From IMG/VR virus record IMGVR_UViG_3300006055_000002, positions 1 through 34,531 of that record: a DNA stretch of 34,531 nt. One strand, written 5' to 3'. Both the position numbers and the translations under genes were made by a program. This stretch comes from a virus (Duplodnaviria > Caudoviricetes). The notes under the pieces are model-generated. The model was not told the origin of the DNA. It did no database searches and saw nothing but the letters and a program-made list of their open reading frames with translations. Of this stretch, positions 15,517 through 23,506 are shown in pieces (positions within the stretch are counted from its first letter, which is position 1; every line of letters starts with the position of its first letter).

Positions 15517-15917
15517 CCCACTCGACAATCGGCGCCCTGAAGGACATCTACATCATCGGCCAAGTGCTGACGGCGCTCTGGCTCTCCTGGCTGAGCGAAC
15601 GCCGGCCGGATCCGGATATTCACGGAGTGAGGCGCGTGGCGCTGATCCTCTGGCTGAGTCTCACCTGGCCAGCAACCGTGATCCCGACGGCCCTCGCTCC
15701 CGTCTGGCGCCGGCTGCGGCGACGTCGACGGCATCCGGACGAGGGCAAGACCGTCACCGGGCTCGGGATCCCACCCGGCCTGGTGATCACTTCAGTGACC
15801 CCTGGCGTGTCTTTCACGCTGTCGCCGGCCTCCGAACGACCGAGCTGGTGGAGCAGGCGCCCATGGCGGCGGCGCGGCTGGGCCAAGGGCTACGAAGAGA
15901 AGGGATTCACCGAGTGA
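15513..15917 (+). CDS. Small membrane protein
   Basis: Two hydrophobic segments; coupled at both ends. Confidence 0.55.
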   Translation: MTHSTIGALKDIYIIGQVLTALWLSWLSERRPDPDIHGVRRVALILWLSLTWPATVIPTALAPVWRRLRRRRRHPDEGKTVTGLGIPPGLVITSVTPGVSFTLSPASERPSWWSRRPWRRRGWAKGYEEKGFTE

Positions 15918-16837
15918 GCGTTGCAGCCACTACATGGGCCTGGGCCCGACCAAGCGGTGCTGGAGGGGTATGCGGCAACGACCGCCTGGTCCTGCTGGCG
16001 ATCGCCGATGCCGCTGACAAGGAAGGTAGGAACGCGTGGCCGGCCATCGACACCCTCGCGTCCATGGCCGGCCTGTCGAGGCGAACGGTGCAGCGTTCGA
16101 TCCGGTCGCTAGAGAAGCTCGGGATGCTGACCGTCGAGAAGCAAGCCGGCGGCGACAAGGAGATGCGAGACGACCAACGGCCGAACAGGTACACGCTGCC
16201 GGTGAAGGCGTATGACGGGGTGACAGAACGACACCCCGTTGAATCCGGGGAGGCTGTGGACAACGCCGACGACGGGACGACACTGCTGACACCCCGCGAC
16301 GGCGACGGGGTGTCACAGGGAACCCAACGGGGTGACAAATCAGGTCATAACGGGGTGACAGAGCTGTGTCACCCAAACAAAGACTTGAACCAAGACAGAA
16401 CAATTGCGCCGACCACGGTCGACGCCGTAGAGATTGCTTCGCTCAGAGACGCAGTCCTCGATGCCTGCGAGATCCCCGAGGACCGGATCACGCCGGCCGC
16501 AGCTGGCGTGATCAACCGGGCCATCAGCGAGCTCTGCCTCGTCGGTGCGACCGCCGACGAGGTGCCGAAGGCCGTCCAGAACTACCGCAAGCGGTTCCCG
16601 TCGGCCACGCTGACACCGCCTGCCCTGGCGAAGCACTGGGCTCAGCTCGGCGACGGCACCGCACTGGCCGTGCCGGCCCTGAGCGAGGCTCAACGGTTCG
16701 GGATCTCCCTGGGACGATCAGAGCCCGATCGTGTCGAAGCATCCGACGCCATCGAGACCCAGTTCGAAGACGCGTTCGATCGTGGCGAGGCCATGACCGC
16801 CTGGGAGCGCACTCGTCACCAGGAGGGTGCAGCGTGA
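15914..16837 (+). CDS. Replication initiator (winged HTH, HTH_36 / lambda O-like)
   Basis: 'LVLLAIADAA..AWPAIDTLASMAGLSRRTVQRSIRSLE..NRY'; contains iterons. Confidence 0.85.
   Translation: MSVAATTWAWARPSGAGGVCGNDRLVLLAIADAADKEGRNAWPAIDTLASMAGLSRRTVQRSIRSLEKLGMLTVEKQAGGDKEMRDDQRPNRYTLPVKAYDGVTERHPVESGEAVDNADDGTTLLTPRDGDGVSQGTQRGDKSGHNGVTELCHPNKDLNQDRTIAPTTVDAVEIASLRDAVLDACEIPEDRITPAAAGVINRAISELCLVGATADEVPKAVQNYRKRFPSATLTPPALAKHWAQLGDGTALAVPALSEAQRFGISLGRSEPDRVEASDAIETQFEDAFDRGEAMTAWERTRHQEGAA
16215..16405. repeat. Putative replication origin: ACGGGGTG(A/T)CA iterons plus A-rich tract
   Basis: Direct copies at 16215, 16305, 16327 and 16350; inverted partial copies near 16230, 16287 and 16367; then AAACAAAGACTTGAACCAAGACAGAACAATT. 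Confidence 0.8.
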
Positions 16838-17175
16838 GCGGCCTCGGACACTCCGGAAGAATGTGGCCACCTGCGGCGCCACCGACGGTTGACCACGAGC
16901 TCGTCGAGTCGCTCCGGCAGCATTCGATCGCCGAGCGGATTGTGCGCTTGCTGCGCCAGCCGTGGAGTCGTGGATTCATGGCACCAGAGAGCGAAGGCGC
17001 AGATGATCCCAGTGAGATCAGGAACGTCCTCGGCTTCGCGGCCCGGGTCGATTTCACCTACTGGCCGACCCATGACACCTTCGAGATCCACTGGCACACC
17101 GACGAGCAGGGCGAGACGCCTGCCAATGTATTGATGTCTGCACGGGTCGATCCTGACGCCGAGGGGGGAGCGTGA
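16834..17175 (+). CDS. Hypothetical protein
   Basis: GTGA coupling; GGAGG RBS. Confidence 0.5.
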   Translation: MSGLGHSGRMWPPAAPPTVDHELVESLRQHSIAERIVRLLRQPWSRGFMAPESEGADDPSEIRNVLGFAARVDFTYWPTHDTFEIHWHTDEQGETPANVLMSARVDPDAEGGA

Positions 17176-17438
17176 GCGACTACGTGTCGGGGTCGACCCA
17201 CATCGAGATCCACTGGCAGGAGCACATTCGACCTGGACACTTCACCTGGGTATGCCCGAAGTGCGGAGCGTCGAGTGTTTCGCAGCTGGGCGACGGTCCA
17301 GTGGGTGGCTGGAGCGCTCCGATCTGGGTGCTGACTGGCGACCGGGAGAACCCCACGCTGGAGCCGTCCCTCGGTTGCTTCAACTGCTACCCCGACGGCC
17401 ACTACTGGTGCATCGACGGGATTCTGACCGATGCCTGA
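17172..17438 (+). CDS. DUF6527-like Zn-binding protein
   Basis: 'CPKCG..WVLTGDRENPTLEPSL..C..GHYWCIDG'. Confidence 0.6.
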   Translation: MSDYVSGSTHIEIHWQEHIRPGHFTWVCPKCGASSVSQLGDGPVGGWSAPIWVLTGDRENPTLEPSLGCFNCYPDGHYWCIDGILTDA

Positions 17439-17664
17439 TCCCGTCGAGGAAGCCGAGCTCGTCCTGGCCGAAGCCGCCGTCGATATCAAGTTCCGAGCCG
17501 CCTTCGCCGCTCTGACGGAGCTCTATCGGGACGAGCGAGTCGAGGAGTACACGGCTGGTGGCGTCGAGGACCTAGCGATCGAGCTTGCTGCAGCCTTCGG
17601 CTTCTCGGTCGACCACATGGGGGAGCTGCACCCGACGCCGTCGTGCAGCGGAGGTGTCGACTGA
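17431..17664 (+). CDS. Hypothetical acidic protein
   Basis: Overlapping operon chain. Confidence 0.55.
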   Translation: MPDPVEEAELVLAEAAVDIKFRAAFAALTELYRDERVEEYTAGGVEDLAIELAAAFGFSVDHMGELHPTPSCSGGVD

Positions 17665-18107
17665 TGGCCGACCAGCTGATGGACGCCGACTACCTCGAGC
17701 TGATCCTCAACCTGGTCAGCTCCAAATGGGAGCGACCACTCGAGGACTTCGAACGGGACGAGTGGATCCGCTGGCTGAAGCCGTCGACGGCTGCGCCGGC
17801 CGATCCAAGGCTGGTGGTCGAAGCGATCGAGCTGGCGAAGACGTCACGCGCCCACAAGGACAAGCGCCCGACCGTCGCGATGTTTGCCGGCTACTACCAG
17901 CGGATCCTGAAGGCCCACCGGCCCAAACCAACCCCGATTGACCCCGAGCTCGTCGATGCAACGCCAGAGACGACGCAGACGGTCCTCGACGAATGCAGGG
18001 CCGTCCTGGCTGACGCCAGGGAGGTCAGGGAGAGCATCGACGTGGCGCGTTCGAAGCTGCTCCACGAGATGGCCCGGGCCGACATCAACCAAGGGACGCT
18101 GCTGTGA
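17664..18107 (+). CDS. Hypothetical protein, possibly helicase loader/inhibitor-like
   Basis: Lies downstream of the initiator; 'W..W..VVEAI..RPTVA' pattern; GGAGG RBS. Confidence 0.45.
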   Translation: MADQLMDADYLELILNLVSSKWERPLEDFERDEWIRWLKPSTAAPADPRLVVEAIELAKTSRAHKDKRPTVAMFAGYYQRILKAHRPKPTPIDPELVDATPETTQTVLDECRAVLADAREVRESIDVARSKLLHEMARADINQGTLL

Positions 18108-18310
18108 GCCGCATTGTGTACGACAGGATCTTCGTGAAGACACCCGTGGGCACCGACGTCCACGAGGACTCGTCCGTGACGCCTCGGAACGACGGCACGC
18201 TCAGGGTCGTTGATTCCGCCGGAATCGAACGTCGCGGCTACGCCCGCGGATGCTGGTTGCAGTGGACGACGCAAGGCGATGCCCATAACCGGCCGCCAGG
18301 GCGGCGCTGA
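18104..18310 (+). CDS. Hypothetical protein
   Basis: Coupled at both ends. Confidence 0.55.
   Translation: MSRIVYDRIFVKTPVGTDVHEDSSVTPRNDGTLRVVDSAGIERRGYARGCWLQWTTQGDAHNRPPGRR
18212..18226. promoter_or_regulatory. 15-bp palindrome copy 4 (GATTCCGCCGGAATC)
   Basis: Intragenic; in-frame DSAGI. Confidence 0.7.
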
Positions 18311-18441
18311 TGCCGGCCTACGTGCCGGCCAGGATCATGCGGGACTCGATCGCCCTGGGACTCGCCGCCTCCATGGGTGTGCTCTACCGGAATGGCCGGT
18401 ACCTGAAGCGGTACGAGCGGGAGGTGCTCTTGGCCGAATAG
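18310..18441 (+). CDS. 43-aa hypothetical peptide
   Basis: TGATG coupling. Confidence 0.35.
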   Translation: MPAYVPARIMRDSIALGLAASMGVLYRNGRYLKRYEREVLLAE

Positions 18442-18590
18442 CACCCGGACACCGACCCCCACGCGCACAGCTCTACGGCCGATGGCCAGCTCGTCCAGTC
18501 CTTCCCGGCTGACGGTGCGGAGTGTTCCTGCGAAGCGTGCGTCCAGCACCCAGAAGAGAGCCCATCCGGGCCGACCAAGGAGGACGCCAC

Positions 18591-19172
18591 GTGCGCAAAT
18601 ACCTGTTCTTAGCCGTATTCCCAATGACCGGAGCACTCGCCTTATGCCTCGCTACATCCTCGTCCCCGACGACCTCGAAGCCCGCATCCGCGAGACCGCT
18701 GGCTGGTCCGACGGTGTTTGGCCCGGCGACGTTCTCGCTCAAGTCCTCGCCCTCATCGACGCTTCCCATGCCTCTCAGCGGGCCCGTGCCGACCAGCACC
18801 ACGCCGACAACTACGCCCCCACCGACGACCACGACACTCGCCCCAGCGGCGGCTCCGGCCATCAGTTCACCGACAGTCCCGGTTTCGGGAACTTCCGATG
18901 ATGGGGTCACGCCTGAGCAGATGGCTGCATGGACGTGGGTCAACCACTGCGAGGAATCAGGGAACTGGTACGTCCGAGGATCGACCTACGCCGGGGGCCT
19001 CGGTTTCTCCCTCGCCAACTGGGCCCAGTTCAACACCTTCGGCTTCCCGGCCAGCGCGGCCGACGCCACGCCCGAGCAGCAAGTCCGGGTCGCTGTGGCC
19101 TTCGCCGTCCACTACTACGGCAACCCCGACTGGGCACCGGACCACTCCCCGACCTGCTCTGGTGGCTACTGA
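18591..19172 (+). CDS. Secreted Rpf-like (resuscitation-promoting factor family) transglycosylase
   Basis: Signal-peptide-like N-terminus, Pro/Thr linker, then 'W..VNHCEESGNW..YAGGLGF..NW..F..AADATPEQQVRVA..W'. Confidence 0.85.
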   Translation: MRKYLFLAVFPMTGALALCLATSSSPTTSKPASARPLAGPTVFGPATFSLKSSPSSTLPMPLSGPVPTSTTPTTTPPPTTTTLAPAAAPAISSPTVPVSGTSDDGVTPEQMAAWTWVNHCEESGNWYVRGSTYAGGLGFSLANWAQFNTFGFPASAADATPEQQVRVAVAFAVHYYGNPDWAPDHSPTCSGGY

Positions 19173-19276
19173 TGGCCTCTCCGGGCTCGTCATCCCTCTC
19201 CACCAGCACATCCAGCCCCGTGACGGCGACAAAGGCCTTCGTATGATCGCCGGCCGCAGTGACCAAGGAGACCCCC

Positions 19277-19570
19277 ATGGCTGAAAGCAACCCACTCGAC
19301 GAAGCTGCTGCCTTCCTGGCGACCGCGATCGGCTCAGATGAGGCGACTCTGCGCGGTCGCCTCGGGAATGACGGCTACGAGAAGTACAAGGCCGACGAGG
19401 CGCGTCTCACTGAGATCCGGATCCGAGACGCCGACGTCCACGTCGAACAGCACGCCGGATCGACCAGGTACATCAACGCCAAGGGCACCTTCTGGAAAGC
19501 GATGGCATTCGCCGTCTCCGTATCGGCCGTCACGGGCGTCGGATGGTCGATCTGGGAGTGGGTTAGATGA
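19277..19570 (+). CDS. Membrane-anchored hypothetical protein
   Basis: AAGGAG RBS; C-terminal hydrophobic helix. Confidence 0.6.
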   Translation: MAESNPLDEAAAFLATAIGSDEATLRGRLGNDGYEKYKADEARLTEIRIRDADVHVEQHAGSTRYINAKGTFWKAMAFAVSVSAVTGVGWSIWEWVR

Positions 19571-19851
19571 CCAACGAGCTCTACCGACGTCGATCGGTCG
19601 CCCTGCAGGAGTTCCTAGACGCCAACGCCGAGCTGTACAGCGTCGCCGAATCAGAAGACGTCGACATCGAAGGGCCGGAGATCATCACCGGCGCCATCCT
19701 GATCCTGCGCAGTCGGTATGCGGGCGGCGAAGGCGAGTTGTCGCTGTCGGTGAACGTTCCGTATGCGCTGGGCATCAGCGAAGAAATGGGGATGATCCAG
19801 CACCAGGCGATGAGACTTAGTGCACGGGTGCTTGACACTGGTGACGACTGA
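19567..19851 (+). CDS. Hypothetical protein
   Basis: ATGA coupling. Confidence 0.6.
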   Translation: MTNELYRRRSVALQEFLDANAELYSVAESEDVDIEGPEIITGAILILRSRYAGGEGELSLSVNVPYALGISEEMGMIQHQAMRLSARVLDTGDD

Positions 19852-19872
19852 CCAAATAACAGAGGAGACCGA

Positions 19873-21063
19873 ATGACCCCGATCAAAGTAGGAAACGTCC
19901 TGTCCTGGGGCAGCGATGTCGAGCAAGGAACCATCGACCAGGCAGCCATGGCCAGCCGGCTTCCGTTCGTCGAGGGGCACTTGGCCCTGATGCCCGACGC
20001 CCACATCGGCATGGGGGCAACGATCGGATCGGTGATCGCCACGAAGGGGGCCATCATCCCGAGTGCCATCGGCGTCGACATCGGGTGCGGAATGATCGCA
20101 GTGGAGACCGACCTCACCGCCGACGGGCTGCCTGACGACCTGGACCGGATGCTGGGCTACGTGGGGGCGGTCGTCCCGGCCGGAGTCGGGAAGGGCCATC
20201 AGCAGATCAACGAGTCGGCTACCGCCAAGATGCCGATCTTTCCGGAGACGTCAGATGCGTGGACGGCCAAGATCAAGGACAAGGCGTTCCACCAGTTCGG
20301 CAGCCTCGGTTCGGGGAACCACTTCGTTGAGGTCTGCCTGGACGAGCGCGACCGGGTGTGGGTAGTCCTGCACTCCGGCAGCCGTGGCCCGGGGAACCAG
20401 TTGGCCACTACCCACATCCAGCGGGCCAAGGGGCTGATGAAGGAACGGTTCATCGAGCTCGAGGATCCCGACTTGGCCTACCTCGTGGACGGGGAGCCGT
20501 CTTTCCAGGCGTACATCACGGACATGCTCTGGGCACAGGATTTCGCCCGAGCCAATCGTGACGCCATGATGGACGCCGTCCTGACCCAGTTGTGGGGCTA
20601 CGTCGGCACTTCCGAGCATGTCTCGGAGCATGGGGTCGGCAGAGAGGTCCAGCGGATCAACTGCCACCACAACTACACCGAACGCGAGCACCACCTCGGC
20701 CAGGACGTGTGGCTGACCCGCAAGGGTGCCATCCGAGCCCGGGTTGGTGACCTCGGAGTGATCCCTGGCTCGATGGGCACGAGCTCGTACATCGTGAGCG
20801 GTCTGGGAAACCCGGCGAGCTACAACTCGTGTTCCCACGGCGCCGGCCGGCGGATGTCCCGCAAGCGGGCCCGAGAGACACTGACCGTCGAATCGCTGAC
20901 CGAGGCCATGGGTGACCGGTCGTGGAACGCGGCCGACGCCAAGACCCTGTTGGATGAGCACCCCGACTCGTACAAGGACATCGACCAGGTGATGGCCGAC
21001 CAGCGGGATCTCGTCCGGGTCGAGCACACACTCCATCAGATCCTCAACTACAAGGGAACCTGA
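19873..21063 (+). CDS. rtcB: RtcB RNA 3'-phosphate/5'-OH ligase
   Basis: MPDAH, GVDIGCG, LGSGNHF, HSGSRG, HHNY, RKGA, IPGSMG, SHGAGR, DEHP..YKDI; all expected motifs present. Confidence 0.97.
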   Translation: MTPIKVGNVLSWGSDVEQGTIDQAAMASRLPFVEGHLALMPDAHIGMGATIGSVIATKGAIIPSAIGVDIGCGMIAVETDLTADGLPDDLDRMLGYVGAVVPAGVGKGHQQINESATAKMPIFPETSDAWTAKIKDKAFHQFGSLGSGNHFVEVCLDERDRVWVVLHSGSRGPGNQLATTHIQRAKGLMKERFIELEDPDLAYLVDGEPSFQAYITDMLWAQDFARANRDAMMDAVLTQLWGYVGTSEHVSEHGVGREVQRINCHHNYTEREHHLGQDVWLTRKGAIRARVGDLGVIPGSMGTSSYIVSGLGNPASYNSCSHGAGRRMSRKRARETLTVESLTEAMGDRSWNAADAKTLLDEHPDSYKDIDQVMADQRDLVRVEHTLHQILNYKGT

Positions 21064-21161
21064 TCCCCTGACAGCGCAACGCCGCCGGCTGGAACCGACG
21101 GCGAAGGCGAGGCATGCGGTGCACCTGAAGGATCCGCAGCCTATGAGAGGAACCGCTCCAC

Positions 21162-21743
21162 ATGGTGGATACTGCCCGGACATCTGACCGTGACATCGAG
21201 GACTGGCTTGCGGAGATCGAATCTCTGACGGCCTACGTGGGAGAACACTTCAAGGCTGCCCGAGCTAGGGCCCGACTCGCAATCCGTGACGGCTATCCAG
21301 CTCGCTCGATGCCGGAGTCATCCGTTGCTGGCGGCCGGATGAGCGATCCGACCGCTGACTTCGTGACATCGAAGGCTGGCGGCAAGATGGACGAGAACGA
21401 TCCTGACATGGCTGTCAGCGACGACGAGTGGCGTGAACAGGGCGACGTGATCCAGGCCAAGGTCTCGCAGATGATCCGGGAGCTCGAGGACGGCCGCAAC
21501 CGAATCCGTGGTGCAGCAGCGTCGCTGCGAGGAGCGTTGCCGCACGACAAGATCCCAGATCCGGTGATGGATCAGTGTCGGATCTGCTTCGTTGCCAAGA
21601 GCACCGTCACCAAGCATGGTGAGAAGCCGAAGCTCTTCATCAACGACAGGATGCTCTGTGCATCGTGCAGTCGACGTGAAGACCGAGCTGAGGCACGCCG
21701 ACAAGAATCGCAGGTCGTTGACTTGCGGAAGCGCGTCGGGTAG
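21162..21743 (+). CDS. Zn-finger protein in the late-regulator position
   Basis: CRIC and CASC; last early gene; its 3' end overlaps a promoter. Confidence 0.65.
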   Translation: MVDTARTSDRDIEDWLAEIESLTAYVGEHFKAARARARLAIRDGYPARSMPESSVAGGRMSDPTADFVTSKAGGKMDENDPDMAVSDDEWREQGDVIQAKVSQMIRELEDGRNRIRGAAASLRGALPHDKIPDPVMDQCRICFVAKSTVTKHGEKPKLFINDRMLCASCSRREDRAEARRQESQVVDLRKRVG

Positions 21744-21746
21744 TGT
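21718..21746 (+). promoter_or_regulatory. Sigma70/SigA-type promoter (putative late promoter)
   Basis: TTGACT, 17 bp, TAGTGT. Confidence 0.7.
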
Positions 21747-21758
21747 GCGTGCTAGTTG

Positions 21759-21791
21759 AGGGATCGTGTCGCTTGCGGCACGGTCCCTTTT
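21759..21791 (+). terminator. Intrinsic terminator
   Basis: GGGATCGTGTCG-CTTG-CGGCACGGTCCC followed by TTTT; 12-bp stem with 2 G-U pairs. Confidence 0.8.
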
Positions 21792-21811
21792 GCGTACCGA
21801 GGTGAGTGCCG

Positions 21812-22078
21812 ATGGTCGCTGGACGCGAGGCATCACCGAAGGACATAGCCAACACCGAGCGGCTGATGGCCTGGTGGACGACGGGCCCTGGCGCTGCTCG
21901 CATCCAGTGGTCGACACCTGGCGACTACGACCGATGCCTCGTTGAACTCGGACAGCACGTCGATCCGAAGATCCTTCACGGTCTCTGTTCCAACCTCCAC
22001 GTCCGAGCAACTGGCGCACGGCCAGGTCATGCACCTGCCGAGGTGGCAGCCAAGGCGGCGCACCACAGCGGCACGTGA
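21812..22078 (+). CDS. Conserved actinophage protein of unknown function
   Basis: 'ERLMAWW..G.GAARI.W.TPGDYDRC..LC.NLH..ATG..PG'; GAGGTG RBS. Confidence 0.7.
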   Translation: MVAGREASPKDIANTERLMAWWTTGPGAARIQWSTPGDYDRCLVELGQHVDPKILHGLCSNLHVRATGARPGHAPAEVAAKAAHHSGT

Positions 22079-22377
22079 GTTGGTCACAGCAACCGTCTGG
22101 TCGTAAGGCACGACTGCCTCGCAACTGGCCAGCGATCCGTCGTCGCATCCTGAAGCGTGATGGTGAGCAGTGCCAATGGATCGTCAACGCCTCGATCTGT
22201 GGGGCCCATGCCAATCAAGTCGATCACGTTCGTCATAGCGACGACCACAGGGACGAGAATCTTCAAGCACTCTGTGACTTCCATCACGCACGCAAATCAG
22301 CGCGTGAAGGCTCGGCAGCCAGGACGAAGAAGTTCAGCGCCAAGCGCCCGGTCCTGAAGCATCCTGGCTTGCGGTAG
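22075..22377 (+). CDS. Packaging-associated HNH endonuclease
   Basis: 'ILKRDG..C..C..VDH..DH..ENLQALCDFHH..KS..E..HPG'. Confidence 0.88.
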   Translation: MSWSQQPSGRKARLPRNWPAIRRRILKRDGEQCQWIVNASICGAHANQVDHVRHSDDHRDENLQALCDFHHARKSAREGSAARTKKFSAKRPVLKHPGLR

Positions 22378-22450
22378 GGGGGTGGCCCCCGGCCCGGGTC
22401 GCTGCGTACCCGGACCGTACTGGTGATCGCTCCGTGTACGGGTCTCCAGG
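22378..22450. other. Candidate cos/packaging region
   Basis: GGGGG..CCCCC hairpin and CCGTGTACGG between the packaging HNH and terminase; inferred from position. Confidence 0.4.
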
Positions 22451-22469
22451 AAGTGGATGGTGCGGCAGA

Positions 22470-22907
22470 ATGGTCTTTGACCTGGGGGTTTGTTGGGAGG
22501 ATCGCCTACTTTCCAAGATAGGGGACGACCCTTCCGGCGCCGGTTGCTGGCTCTGGCTTGCGAGCATTCGACCTGATGGATACGGGCAGATCTGGACGCC
22601 GATGGTCGACGGTCGCCGTCAGCTCCTTTCGGCGCATCGAGCGATGTACGAACTGCTGGTCGGGCCGATCCCTGAAGGCCTCGATCTCGACCATCTCTGT
22701 CGGGTGCGCCTATGCGTGAATCCGGACCACCTGGAGCCGGTCACGCGTCGGGAGAACATCCTTCGAGGCGAATGCCCGGCAGCCGTCCAGGCACGGCAAC
22801 AGCGGTGCAGAGCGGGGCACGAACTCGTTCCGTGCTTGTACGACGGAGACCGGATACGGCGATGCTGCCCGTGCCGGCACGTTCACCCGTCGGCGATCGC
22901 CGCATAG
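22470..22907 (+). CDS. HNH homing endonuclease
   Basis: 'CWLW..DGYG..AHRAMYE..GPIPEGLDLDHLCRVRLCVNPDHLEPVT..EN'. Confidence 0.88.
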   Translation: MVFDLGVCWEDRLLSKIGDDPSGAGCWLWLASIRPDGYGQIWTPMVDGRRQLLSAHRAMYELLVGPIPEGLDLDHLCRVRLCVNPDHLEPVTRRENILRGECPAAVQARQQRCRAGHELVPCLYDGDRIRRCCPCRHVHPSAIAA

Positions 22908-22908
22908 C

Positions 22909-22923
22909 GATTCCGCCGGAATC
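22909..22923. promoter_or_regulatory. 15-bp palindrome copy 5 (GATTCCGCCGGAATC)
   Basis: Intergenic, 6 nt upstream of the tRNA. Confidence 0.75.
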
Positions 22924-22929
22924 ACCCTG

Positions 22930-23002
22930 AGCGGGGTGGAGCAGTTGGTAGCTCGTCGGGTTCATAACCCGAAGGTCGTCGGTTCAAGTCCGACCCCCGC
23001 CA
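22930..23002 (+). tRNA. tRNA-fMet (CAT), initiator type; CCA not encoded
   Basis: Full cloverleaf; A1:C72 mismatch; anticodon arm TCGGG-TTCATAA-CCCGA with three G:C pairs; T arm GTCGG-TTCAAGT-CCGAC. Confidence 0.93.
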
Positions 23003-23050
23003 CTCATGGCCCGACACGGGCCGACGAATCCCGACACGGGAGGTAGCACC

Positions 23051-23503
23051 ATGGCCGGACGTGGCCCCGCACCGAAGGATCCGACTAAACGACGTCGACG
23101 CAATGTGCAGTCCGGCTCGAGCACCACGGTCTCGGCCGACGGGCGCCTGCGAGGGCCCCAGCTCCCCAGGGATGAAGCGCCGCTGACCGGCACTTGGCAT
23201 CCCCGGACTAAGGCCTGGTGGCTCAGCTGGCGGAAGTCTCCCCAGGCGAAGACGTTCGTTCCGACCGATTGGGACTTCCTGCTCGATACGGCCATGCAGC
23301 ATCACCTGATGTGGACCTTCGCCAAGGTCGACCTTGCCAACGAGATCCGGCTGCGGGTGGCCAAGTTCGGTGCCACGGTCGAGGACCGCATGCGCCTCAA
23401 GATGGAAGTCGAGGCGCCGGCCGCCAAGACCGTCGGCCAGCCGGGCGCCTCCGGGGGCAACGTCACCGACATCTCCTCAAGGCGCCAGCGCCTGGCCGGT
23501 TAG
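23051..23503 (+). CDS. terS: Terminase small subunit
   Basis: 'MAGRGPAPK..WHPRTKAWW..W..SPQA..EIRLRVAKFGAT.EDR.RL'; precedes terL. Confidence 0.88.
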   Translation: MAGRGPAPKDPTKRRRRNVQSGSSTTVSADGRLRGPQLPRDEAPLTGTWHPRTKAWWLSWRKSPQAKTFVPTDWDFLLDTAMQHHLMWTFAKVDLANEIRLRVAKFGATVEDRMRLKMEVEAPAAKTVGQPGASGGNVTDISSRRQRLAG

Positions 23504-23506
23504 CCC

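Noticed and set aside
21070-21150. Hairpins after rtcB as a riboswitch or ncRNA
   Set aside because: Short imperfect stems with no recognisable family motif; a covariance search would be needed.
22930-23002. tRNA as an integration site or prophage boundary
   Set aside because: It is flanked by contiguous packaging genes, with no nearby integrase or duplicated 3' fragment.
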